Below are positions 35,322 to 42,795 of a stretch of DNA of 64,000 bases, in pieces (position 1 is the stretch's first letter; each line of letters starts with the position of its first letter). This DNA is from Patescibacteria group bacterium (lineage in GTDB: Bacteria; Patescibacteriota; JABMPQ01; JAQVVF01). The stretch is taken from the NCBI GenBank assembly GCA_041662665.1, contig JBAZSC010000001.1:385511-449510 (forward strand), given 5' to 3'. The position numbers and the translations under genes are program-made. Below the pieces are notes generated by a model, which ran no database searches, was not told the origin of the DNA, and saw only the letters and a list, made by a program, of their open reading frames with translations.

Positions 35322-36611
35322 ATGAATGGATTACCGCCAATTGATTTTTTTGGCCAACTGCGTGATTTTTTCAGCACGTTTGGTTTTGTTTTTGTCCATG
35401 CCTGGTGGGCGATTATTTTAGGTTTAATTTTCTTAGCCTATTACGCTTTTTATCGCATTCAAAATAATAAATTCTTAGCTGGCGTTGAATATGTTTTGCT
35501 TACTGTATCTGTTCCAGCTGATAGCGAAAAAAGTCCAAAATCAATGGAACAAGTTTTGGCAGGATTCCATGGCATTTATTCTCCTCCAAACTGGTCTGAA
35601 TTTTGGATCTTGGGAGAACAACAAGCCCAAGTTAGCTTAGAATTGGTCGGTATCAATGGCCAAGTCAGATTTATTATCAGAACACCTGTCAAACTTCGTG
35701 ATGCTGTTGAAGCTCATATTTATGCTCATTATCCAGATGCTGAGATTTTTGAAATTGAGGATTACGTTGATGCAATTCCAGACAAATGGCCAAATGAACA
35801 ATACGAACTTTTTGGCACTGATTTTAAATTAATGATGCCAGATTCATATCCTATCAGAACATATATGCAATTTGCTGAAGAATTTGATAAAGGATTCATT
35901 GATCCAATTTCTGCTTACACTGAAGTTATGGGAAAATTAAACGAAGGCGAACAGATCTGGCTTCAGATAACAATTAGGCCAGTTGATGATGCTTGGAAAA
36001 AAGAAGGCGAGAATATTGCCGCAAAACTTATTGGAAAAAAAGTTGATATTCCTGAAGACTTTTTCAAAAAAACAGTCGTTAAAGGCTGGCACAATGTTTT
36101 AAGCGCTACTGATGCTATTTTGCAAGTTCCAGCAGCTGAATTAAAAGAACAAAAAAGAGAAGTTGAATCTTTAATGCAATATCTATCTCCAGGCGAGCAA
36201 GATGTTGTGACTGCTATTCAAAGAAATATCGCCAAAGTTGGTTTTGAAACAAAATTTCGTTATATTTATGTTGCCAAAAAAGATGTATATCAAAAAGGTC
36301 GCGGAGTTGTTGCTATTTTAGGCGCTTTAAAACTTTTGCATACTCAAAATCTCAATTGGTTTTGGTTAGATAAACACACAAAGACTAAGCTTGATTATTG
36401 GAAATTTAGAATTCCTAAAAGACAAAAGAAAATTGTTAGATATTATAAAGAGCGCGATATGGATGCCGGAATTCCGCCATGCATATTGAGCATTGAAGAG
36501 TTAGCTACTTTATTTCACTTTCCTTATGTTTCTGTTGAATCTCCTTCTGTTATCAGCGCATCAGCTAGCAAAGCTGAAGCTCCAAGTAATCTGCCTGTTG
36601 GAAGGCAATAG
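35322..36611 (+). CDS. Membrane protein (two N-terminal TM helices plus large soluble domain), partner of the downstream ATPase
   Basis: TM segments FGFVFVHAWWAIILGLIFLAYYAFY. The stop lies 26 nt before the ATPase start. Confidence 0.45.
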   Translation: MNGLPPIDFFGQLRDFFSTFGFVFVHAWWAIILGLIFLAYYAFYRIQNNKFLAGVEYVLLTVSVPADSEKSPKSMEQVLAGFHGIYSPPNWSEFWILGEQQAQVSLELVGINGQVRFIIRTPVKLRDAVEAHIYAHYPDAEIFEIEDYVDAIPDKWPNEQYELFGTDFKLMMPDSYPIRTYMQFAEEFDKGFIDPISAYTEVMGKLNEGEQIWLQITIRPVDDAWKKEGENIAAKLIGKKVDIPEDFFKKTVVKGWHNVLSATDAILQVPAAELKEQKREVESLMQYLSPGEQDVVTAIQRNIAKVGFETKFRYIYVAKKDVYQKGRGVVAILGALKLLHTQNLNWFWLDKHTKTKLDYWKFRIPKRQKKIVRYYKERDMDAGIPPCILSIEELATLFHFPYVSVESPSVISASASKAEAPSNLPVGRQ

Positions 36612-36637
36612 AAATTTAATTGTTAATCATTATTTTT

Positions 36638-38137
36638 ATGGCTAATAGCGATATTTCGAATTTTGCAACTACCAATTACCGCAATAAAAAAGTAGTTTTC
36701 GGTATAAAAAGAGATGACAGAAGAAGGCACATGTATGTTATTGGAAAAACAGGTATGGGCAAAACAAACCTTATGGAAAATATGGCGATTTCTGATATTC
36801 ATGCCGGAAATGGACTTTGTGTTGTTGATCCTCATGGTGAATTCGCTGAAAAAATGCTCGATTTTGTTCCTGCAAATCGTATTAATGATGTTATTTATTT
36901 TAATCCTGGAGACATGGATTTCCCAATTGCATTTAACGTGATGGAAAATGTTAATCCTGCATACAAACATTTGATCTCTTCAGGACTTATCGGTGTTTTC
37001 AAAAAAATCTGGGCAGATTCTTGGGGCCCTCGTCTTGAATATGTTTTAAGAAATTCTATTCTAGCTTTGCTTGACTATCCAGGTTCAACAATGTTAGGCA
37101 TTATGAGAATCTTAGTTGACAAAGAGTATCGTAAAAAAGTTATTGAAAAAATTCAAGATCCAGTTGTCAAACAATTCTGGGTTGAAGAATATTCAAAATA
37201 TCCTGACAAATTTCAAGCAGAAGCAATCGCTCCTATTCAAAACAAAGTTGGACAATTCTTATCCATTTCTTTAATTAGAAATATTGTTGGCCAATCAAAA
37301 TCAACAATAGATATGCGTGAAGTAATGGATAACAAAAAAATTCTAATTCTTAATTTAGCAAAAGGCCGAGTTGGTGAAGATGCCTCAGCCTTATTTGGTG
37401 CAGTTATTATTACTAAGATTCAATTAGCTGCAATGTCGCGCGTTGATATTCCAGAAGAGGAAAGAGCAGACTTTTATCTCTATGTCGATGAGTTTCAAAA
37501 TTTCGCAACTGAATCTTTTGCTGATATTCTGTCAGAAGCTAGAAAGTACCATCTTAATTTAATTATTGGCCATCAATACATTGGTCAGCTAGAAACTGGC
37601 GGTTCTACAAAAGTCCGAGATGCTGTTTTTGGCAATGTCGGAACAATCGCTTGTTTCAGAGTTGGAGCAGCTGATGCAGAATTCTTAGTCAGCGAATTTG
37701 AGCCAATATTTACAGAAATTGATTTAGTTAATTTAACCAAATATAATATTTATTTGAAATTGATGATTGATGGTATTGCTTCTCAAGCTTTTAGCGCTAC
37801 AACTCTTCCTCCTTCCAAAAAAATCGAGGGACATAAAGAAAAAATCATCAAAGTTTCTCGCGAACGTTATGCGCAACAAAGAGAAATTGTCGAAGATAGA
37901 ATTTCAAAATGGTCAGAAACAATTGTCAGAGATGAAGCAACAATGCCACAAGCCAGATATTTTCCAAAGAAAAGAACTGAAAGTTCAGAGCAACAACAAA
38001 TACATCAGCCATTTAAAAAAGCATTTAGCGAAATTTTGAAGGGTAAATTACAGGTAGAAGAAAAAAAACCGCAAGAAAAACCGCAAGAAAAACCAAGAGA
38101 AACATTAAAGCCAGGACAAGTAATCAAAATGGATTAA
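36638..38137 (+). CDS. P-loop ATPase of the TraD/TrwB/VirD4 coupling-protein / HerA-FtsK (DUF87-like) clade, lacking its own TM segment
   Basis: Walker A VIGKTGMGKTN followed by VVDPHGEF. Walker B FYLYVDEFQNF. Conserved RKYHLNLIIGHQ. Start taken at MANSD (36638). Confidence 0.6.
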   Translation: MANSDISNFATTNYRNKKVVFGIKRDDRRRHMYVIGKTGMGKTNLMENMAISDIHAGNGLCVVDPHGEFAEKMLDFVPANRINDVIYFNPGDMDFPIAFNVMENVNPAYKHLISSGLIGVFKKIWADSWGPRLEYVLRNSILALLDYPGSTMLGIMRILVDKEYRKKVIEKIQDPVVKQFWVEEYSKYPDKFQAEAIAPIQNKVGQFLSISLIRNIVGQSKSTIDMREVMDNKKILILNLAKGRVGEDASALFGAVIITKIQLAAMSRVDIPEEERADFYLYVDEFQNFATESFADILSEARKYHLNLIIGHQYIGQLETGGSTKVRDAVFGNVGTIACFRVGAADAEFLVSEFEPIFTEIDLVNLTKYNIYLKLMIDGIASQAFSATTLPPSKKIEGHKEKIIKVSRERYAQQREIVEDRISKWSETIVRDEATMPQARYFPKKRTESSEQQQIHQPFKKAFSEILKGKLQVEEKKPQEKPQEKPRETLKPGQVIKMD

Positions 38138-38148
38138 TATATATTTTT

Positions 38149-38176
38149 AGCCAGGAAATTTCCTGGCTTTTTGTAT
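38149..38176 (+). terminator. Intrinsic terminator
   Basis: AGCCAGGAAA-TTTCCTGGCT followed by TTTTTGTATTT. Confidence 0.75.
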
Positions 38177-38211
38177 TTACAAAAAATCAAAAAAAATATA
38201 TAATATCGCGT

Positions 38212-39342
38212 ATGCAAAAACATGTCATTTGCGCCATGTCTGGCGGAGTAGATAGCAGTGTCGCAGCTGCTTTACTTAAAAAACAAGGTTATAAAGTAAC
38301 CGGTGTTTTTATGCGCTTTTGGCATGAAAAGAATAATAAAACTTGCGCAACGAATAGATGCTGTTCTCAAGACTCATTTGATTCTGCAAGACTCGTTTGC
38401 CAGAAATTAGGTATTAAATTATATTCTTTAAATTGCGAAAAAGAATTCAAAAAATATGTTGTTGATTATTTTTTAGATTCTTTCAAAAAAGGTTTAACAC
38501 CAAATCCATGCATTGCTTGCAATAAATATATAAAATTCGGATTTTTTTTTAGAAAACTTCTCGAGTTTGACGCTGATTATCTTGCTACAGGACATTATGT
38601 TAAAGTCAAAAGTCAAAAGTCAAAAATTAAAAGTAACAATTCAAAAGTAAAAAATAAATTAAAAATTAAAAATAACTATCTGCTACTTACTGCTAAAGAT
38701 AAAAACAAAGATCAATCATATTTTTTGTATAATTTAAATCAAAAAAAGTTAGCCAAGATTTTATTTCCAATCGGAAATTACTTAAAGCCTGAAGTTAGAA
38801 AATTAGCCAAAAAATTTAATTTGCCAACAGCCGAGAAAAAAGAATCACAAGAAATTTGTTTTATTAAAGAAAAAAATTATCATGATTTTTTAAAAAGAAA
38901 CTTAAAAAAAATTAAGCCTGGAAAAATTAAAACAGTTAGCGGGCAAACAATAGGCGAACATCAAGGCTTATGTTTTTATACTTTAGGTCAGCGAAAGGGA
39001 ATAGGATTGGGTTTAGAAAAAACTTTTTATGTCGCCAAACTCGATTTTAAGCACAATATTTTAGTTGTCACAGATAATCCAAAAGACAAGCTATTATTTA
39101 GTAAAAATATTAAATTAAAAAATTTAAATTTAATAGGGGAAAGACCGTCTCTCCCCTATTCTTGTCAAATAAAAATTCGATCACATGCCTCGCCTGTTTT
39201 AGGAAAAATAATTAAAATAAATAAAAATGAAGCCCATATTTCCCTATCTTCTCCTGCACGTGCAGTTATGCCTGGACAATCAGCAGTAATTTATAATAAA
39301 GAGGTTTTAATTGGAGGAGGCGTTATTGCAAAAACAGAGTAG
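38212..39342 (+). CDS. mnmA: tRNA-specific 2-thiouridylase MnmA (with Lys-rich low-complexity insertion)
   Basis: PP-loop AMSGGVDSSVAA; catalytic Cys motifs (NPCIACNK). The insertion KSQKSKIKSNNSKVKNKLKIKNN is encoded by GTCAAAA-type repeats at about 38600-38680. Confidence 0.85.
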   Translation: MQKHVICAMSGGVDSSVAAALLKKQGYKVTGVFMRFWHEKNNKTCATNRCCSQDSFDSARLVCQKLGIKLYSLNCEKEFKKYVVDYFLDSFKKGLTPNPCIACNKYIKFGFFFRKLLEFDADYLATGHYVKVKSQKSKIKSNNSKVKNKLKIKNNYLLLTAKDKNKDQSYFLYNLNQKKLAKILFPIGNYLKPEVRKLAKKFNLPTAEKKESQEICFIKEKNYHDFLKRNLKKIKPGKIKTVSGQTIGEHQGLCFYTLGQRKGIGLGLEKTFYVAKLDFKHNILVVTDNPKDKLLFSKNIKLKNLNLIGERPSLPYSCQIKIRSHASPVLGKIIKINKNEAHISLSSPARAVMPGQSAVIYNKEVLIGGGVIAKTE

Positions 39343-39422
39343 CTATTGTAAAATAGTAATTAGTAACTAGTAATTTGTTAATTCGTTTCTAGTTACTAAT
39401 TACGAATTACTAATTACAACAT

Positions 39423-39629
39423 ATGTCCGATTTTTCCGATCCAAAACGTCAATTGCAATCAAAAATAGACGATCTTCACGATGACATTGACGAGCGAGAA
39501 AAAGAGCTTAAAGAAATTGATTTGCAATTAAAAGATTTATCAAGAAGAAAAGAACTTTTAGAAGCCGAACTAGAAGAACTTTATGCTACGGAAAAAAGAT
39601 TGCAACAAGAAATCAGCCGGCCGGAATAA
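39423..39629 (+). CDS. Small coiled-coil protein (68 aa), hypothetical
   Basis: Heptad-like charged repeats; flanked by palindromic elements on both sides. Confidence 0.35.
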   Translation: MSDFSDPKRQLQSKIDDLHDDIDEREKELKEIDLQLKDLSRRKELLEAELEELYATEKRLQQEISRPE

Positions 39630-39735
39630 AAAAAATCACAAATCCCAAATTCCAAACAAAATCCAAATTACAAAGTCGACGATTTGTTGTTTGTGGTTTG
39701 TAATTTGTTTGCGATTTGGAATTTGTAATTTTAAT
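39630..39735. repeat. About 100-bp palindromic intergenic element (second copy of the ccaaattacaaatcccaaattcc family), centred on GTCGAC
   Basis: 39638-39661 is identical to 10958-10981. Right arm ttgtttgcgatttggaatttgtaatttt. Confidence 0.6.
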
Positions 39736-39742
39736 TTCACGT

Positions 39743-41554
39743 ATGACATCTCAAGACCTAATCAACAAATACCTAGCTTTTTTCAAAAGCAAAGGCCATC
39801 AAATCATACCAGGCGCATCGCTGATTCCAGAACATGATCCATCTGTTTTATTTACAACTGCTGGAATGCATCCATTAGTTCCTTTTTTGTTAGGCGAAAA
39901 ACATCCGCAAGGAAAAAGATTAACAGATCTTCAGAGATGTTTAAGAACTGTTGATATTGATAATGTCGGTGACAACTGGCACTCAACTTTTTTTGAAATG
40001 CTTGGAAATTGGTCTTTGGGCGATTATTTTAAAGAAGACGCAATCAAGTTTGCCTACGAATTTTTAACAAGCAAAGAATACTTAAATATTTATCCTGGTA
40101 AATTATCAGTTACAGTTTTTGCTGGCGATAATGATGCGAAAAAAGACGAAGAAGCGATAAAAACTTGGCAAAATTTAGGCATTCCAAATGATAGAATTTA
40201 TCCGCTTCCAAAAGAAGATAATTGGTGGGGACCAGCAGGTGAAGTTGGTCCATGCGGACCTGATACCGAAATTTTTTATGATACAGACAAAGAAAAATGT
40301 TGTGATGATTGCAAGCCAGGCTGTGGTTGTGGAAAATATGTTGAAATCTGGAACTTAGTTTTTATGAGCTATAACAAAACAAAAGATGGAAAATTCTTGC
40401 CATTAGCCCAAAAAAATATTGATACTGGCATGGGTGTTGATAGAACTTTAGCTGTACTTCATACTTTTGATAATTCTTATCAAACAGAATTATTCAAGCC
40501 AGTTATGGATTTATTGGAAGATAAATTATCTGGCCATTCTCAAGATTTTAACAATGTTACAAAAGACCCAATTAAATCAAAAAGAATAATTGCTGATCAT
40601 ATTAGAGCTTCTGTATTTTTATTGATGGATGGAGTTACTCCTTCAAATCTTGATCAAGGCTATATTTTGCGCCGATTAATTAGACGCGCAGTCCGTCATG
40701 CCAAATTATTAGAAATTAAAAAAGAAGAAAAAGTAAATCAGCAAATTGCTAATTTATTTATAAATATTTATAAAGCCAGATACCCAAAATTATTAGAGCA
40801 AAAAGATTTTATTATAAAAGAATTGCAAGATGAAGAAGATAGATTTGAAATTTCTTTAGCAAAAGGTTTAAAAGTTTTTGAAAAAATAACGTCATGTAGA
40901 GACGATGCACCGCATCGTCTCCGAGACAAAAAGATTAGAGGTCTTGATGCATTTCATCTTTATGACACTTATGGCTTTCCAATTGAAATGACCAAAGAAT
41001 TAGCCAAGGAAAAAGGATTTAGTGTCGACGAAAAAGAATTCGGTTTAGAATTTGTAAAACATCAAGCATTATCAAGAAAAGGTGCAGAGAAAAAATTTAA
41101 AGGAGGCCTAGCTGACCATTCAGAAATAACAACAAGACTCCACACTGCAACTCATCTCTTGCATCAAGCATTACGCCAAGTGTTAGGCGAACAAGTTCAA
41201 CAAAAAGGCAGTAACATTAATCCAGAACGTTTGCGCTTTGATTTTAATTATGATCAGAAAATGACGCCTGAACAATTGCAACAAGTTGAAAAAATAGTTA
41301 ATGATCAAATTAAAAAAGGTTTAGAAATTAAAATGGAAGAAATGTCTGTTGACGAAGCAAAGTCAAAAGGCGCAATTGGTTTATTTACAGAAAAATACGG
41401 TGATAAAGTAAAAGTTTATTCTATAGGCGATTTTTCCAAAGAAATCTGTGGCGGTCCTCATGCAAAAAACACAAAAGAACTACATCATTTTAAAATAAAA
41501 AAAGAAGAATCAAGTTCTGCTGGAGTTAGAAGAATCAAAGCAATTTTAGATTAA
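39743..41554 (+). CDS. alaS: Alanine--tRNA ligase (catalytic, tRNA-recognition and editing domains; apparently lacking the C-terminal C-Ala domain)
   Basis: FTTAGMHPLVPF, NWSLGDYFKEDAI and the editing HxxxH (HTATHLLHQALRQVLG). Ends ...GGPHAKNTKELHHFKI at 604 aa. Start at MTSQDL. Confidence 0.8.
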   Translation: MTSQDLINKYLAFFKSKGHQIIPGASLIPEHDPSVLFTTAGMHPLVPFLLGEKHPQGKRLTDLQRCLRTVDIDNVGDNWHSTFFEMLGNWSLGDYFKEDAIKFAYEFLTSKEYLNIYPGKLSVTVFAGDNDAKKDEEAIKTWQNLGIPNDRIYPLPKEDNWWGPAGEVGPCGPDTEIFYDTDKEKCCDDCKPGCGCGKYVEIWNLVFMSYNKTKDGKFLPLAQKNIDTGMGVDRTLAVLHTFDNSYQTELFKPVMDLLEDKLSGHSQDFNNVTKDPIKSKRIIADHIRASVFLLMDGVTPSNLDQGYILRRLIRRAVRHAKLLEIKKEEKVNQQIANLFINIYKARYPKLLEQKDFIIKELQDEEDRFEISLAKGLKVFEKITSCRDDAPHRLRDKKIRGLDAFHLYDTYGFPIEMTKELAKEKGFSVDEKEFGLEFVKHQALSRKGAEKKFKGGLADHSEITTRLHTATHLLHQALRQVLGEQVQQKGSNINPERLRFDFNYDQKMTPEQLQQVEKIVNDQIKKGLEIKMEEMSVDEAKSKGAIGLFTEKYGDKVKVYSIGDFSKEICGGPHAKNTKELHHFKIKKEESSSAGVRRIKAILD

Positions 41555-41560
41555 AAAAAG

Positions 41561-41581
41561 ACTTGCTGAACAAGTCTCAAA
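41561..41581. terminator. Bidirectional hairpin between convergent alaS and 41577..41984
   Basis: AGACTTG-ctgaa-CAAGTCT with an A-run before it. Confidence 0.45.
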
Positions 41582-41984
41582 GAACTTTTTTGTGAAGCTC
41601 AAAAACCTTTATACATGGTACAGACACTGGAGAACGTGACAATATAGCAAGACGAGAAAAACTAAAAATTTCACTCAAGAGATGATCATAAACATCACCG
41701 CTAGCAGGAATTTCTTGACGGATTTGTTCGGGGCTGCTATTTTCAACATACGAAATTTCCGTGCAGGAAAAACCATGTGAATTCGCGAACCAGTTCAAAA
41801 GCATTTCTGCATCAGCGAGAATTCCTACTCGCAACTCAAAACGAGAAGACTGTCTGTCAGGCCAATTAACCTGTTGTCGATCTTTATCCGTTAAAGTTAA
41901 TGCAGCAACAGAACAATTAATCGCAGATTTTACGTAAGGTAGAATAGTAATAATTACGAAGTCACCGTCTTGTAACTGCCTCAT
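41577..41984 (-). CDS. Hypothetical protein (135 aa), SD-bearing GC-richer orphan gene
   Basis: GGAGGGAGGAG immediately upstream of the ATG; composition visibly less AT-rich; no family recognised. Confidence 0.45.
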   Translation of the reverse strand: MRQLQDGDFVIITILPYVKSAINCSVAALTLTDKDRQQVNWPDRQSSRFELRVGILADAEMLLNWFANSHGFSCTEISYVENSSPEQIRQEIPASGDVYDHLLSEIFSFSRLAILSRSPVSVPCIKVFELHKKVL

Positions 41985-42071
41985 CTCCTCCCTCCTTTTC
42001 TAGGGTGCGAGAATATTATCACTCAAATAAGAATAGAATATCAATGATAAATTGTCAATTCAATAACAATT

Positions 42072-42548
42072 ATGATAATTGAAAAACTTCAAGAAAAAAA
42101 TATTAAAGAATTTTGCGACTTGGCACAAAGAATAATTTTAGATTTGTCATATTATTCAGACATTGCAAAGAAAAATTATGCAAAAAGTTTTGAAGTTAAA
42201 GAGATACAAAATAAAATAAAAAACGAAAATAAATTATTTTTGAGTGCTAAAAATAATAACAAAATAGTTGGTTTTATGTACGGATTTTTTGATAATACCG
42301 GACTTTTTTGGATTGAATGGATTGGAATTAATGAAGAAAATAGACGCAAAGGAATTGGCAATGAGATTCTAAAATTTTTGATAAATTACTTAAAAGAATC
42401 AAAAAAAGTACACAAAATTGTTTGTGATATTAGAACTTCAAATTTGCCTTCACAAAAATTTTTTGCAAAAAATAAATTTAATAAAATTGCACTTCTAAAA
42501 AATTTTTGGCACAAAGAAGATTTTGAAATTTGGGAATTAACATTATAA
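42072..42548 (+). CDS. GNAT family N-acetyltransferase
   Basis: Acetyl-CoA binding motif IEWIGINEENRRKGIGNEILKFL (Q/RxxGxG/A). Confidence 0.7.
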   Translation: MIIEKLQEKNIKEFCDLAQRIILDLSYYSDIAKKNYAKSFEVKEIQNKIKNENKLFLSAKNNNKIVGFMYGFFDNTGLFWIEWIGINEENRRKGIGNEILKFLINYLKESKKVHKIVCDIRTSNLPSQKFFAKNKFNKIALLKNFWHKEDFEIWELTL

Positions 42549-42795
42549 TAAAAAAATATGTCAATTGATAGTGAGCCAACAGCTCCAAATCCAGAGCAAG
42601 AAGGATTAGCTCAACTGATCCGAATAATATTTTAAGAACAATCAAAGATGGTGCCAGAAGTCCTCTATATTGGTCAAGACATGTTGCAGAAGCGATGTAC
42701 GAAAAAGTAGCTGAAATTATATTAGAATAAATATTTAACATAAAAAATAAAACGTGTTATAATATTTTTGTTAAATAAAAATTTATATAAAACAA

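Noticed and set aside
35322-38137. Complete type IV secretion system
   Set aside because: Only a coupling-protein/HerA-like ATPase and one membrane protein are present. No VirB4, VirB6, VirB8-11, relaxase or pilin genes are in the window, so it is reported as an orphan two-gene module.
42558-42635. 25-aa mini-ORF MSIDSEPTAPNPEQEGLAQLIRIIF
   Set aside because: It is too short and has no RBS. The region is better explained as a gene remnant read in another frame.
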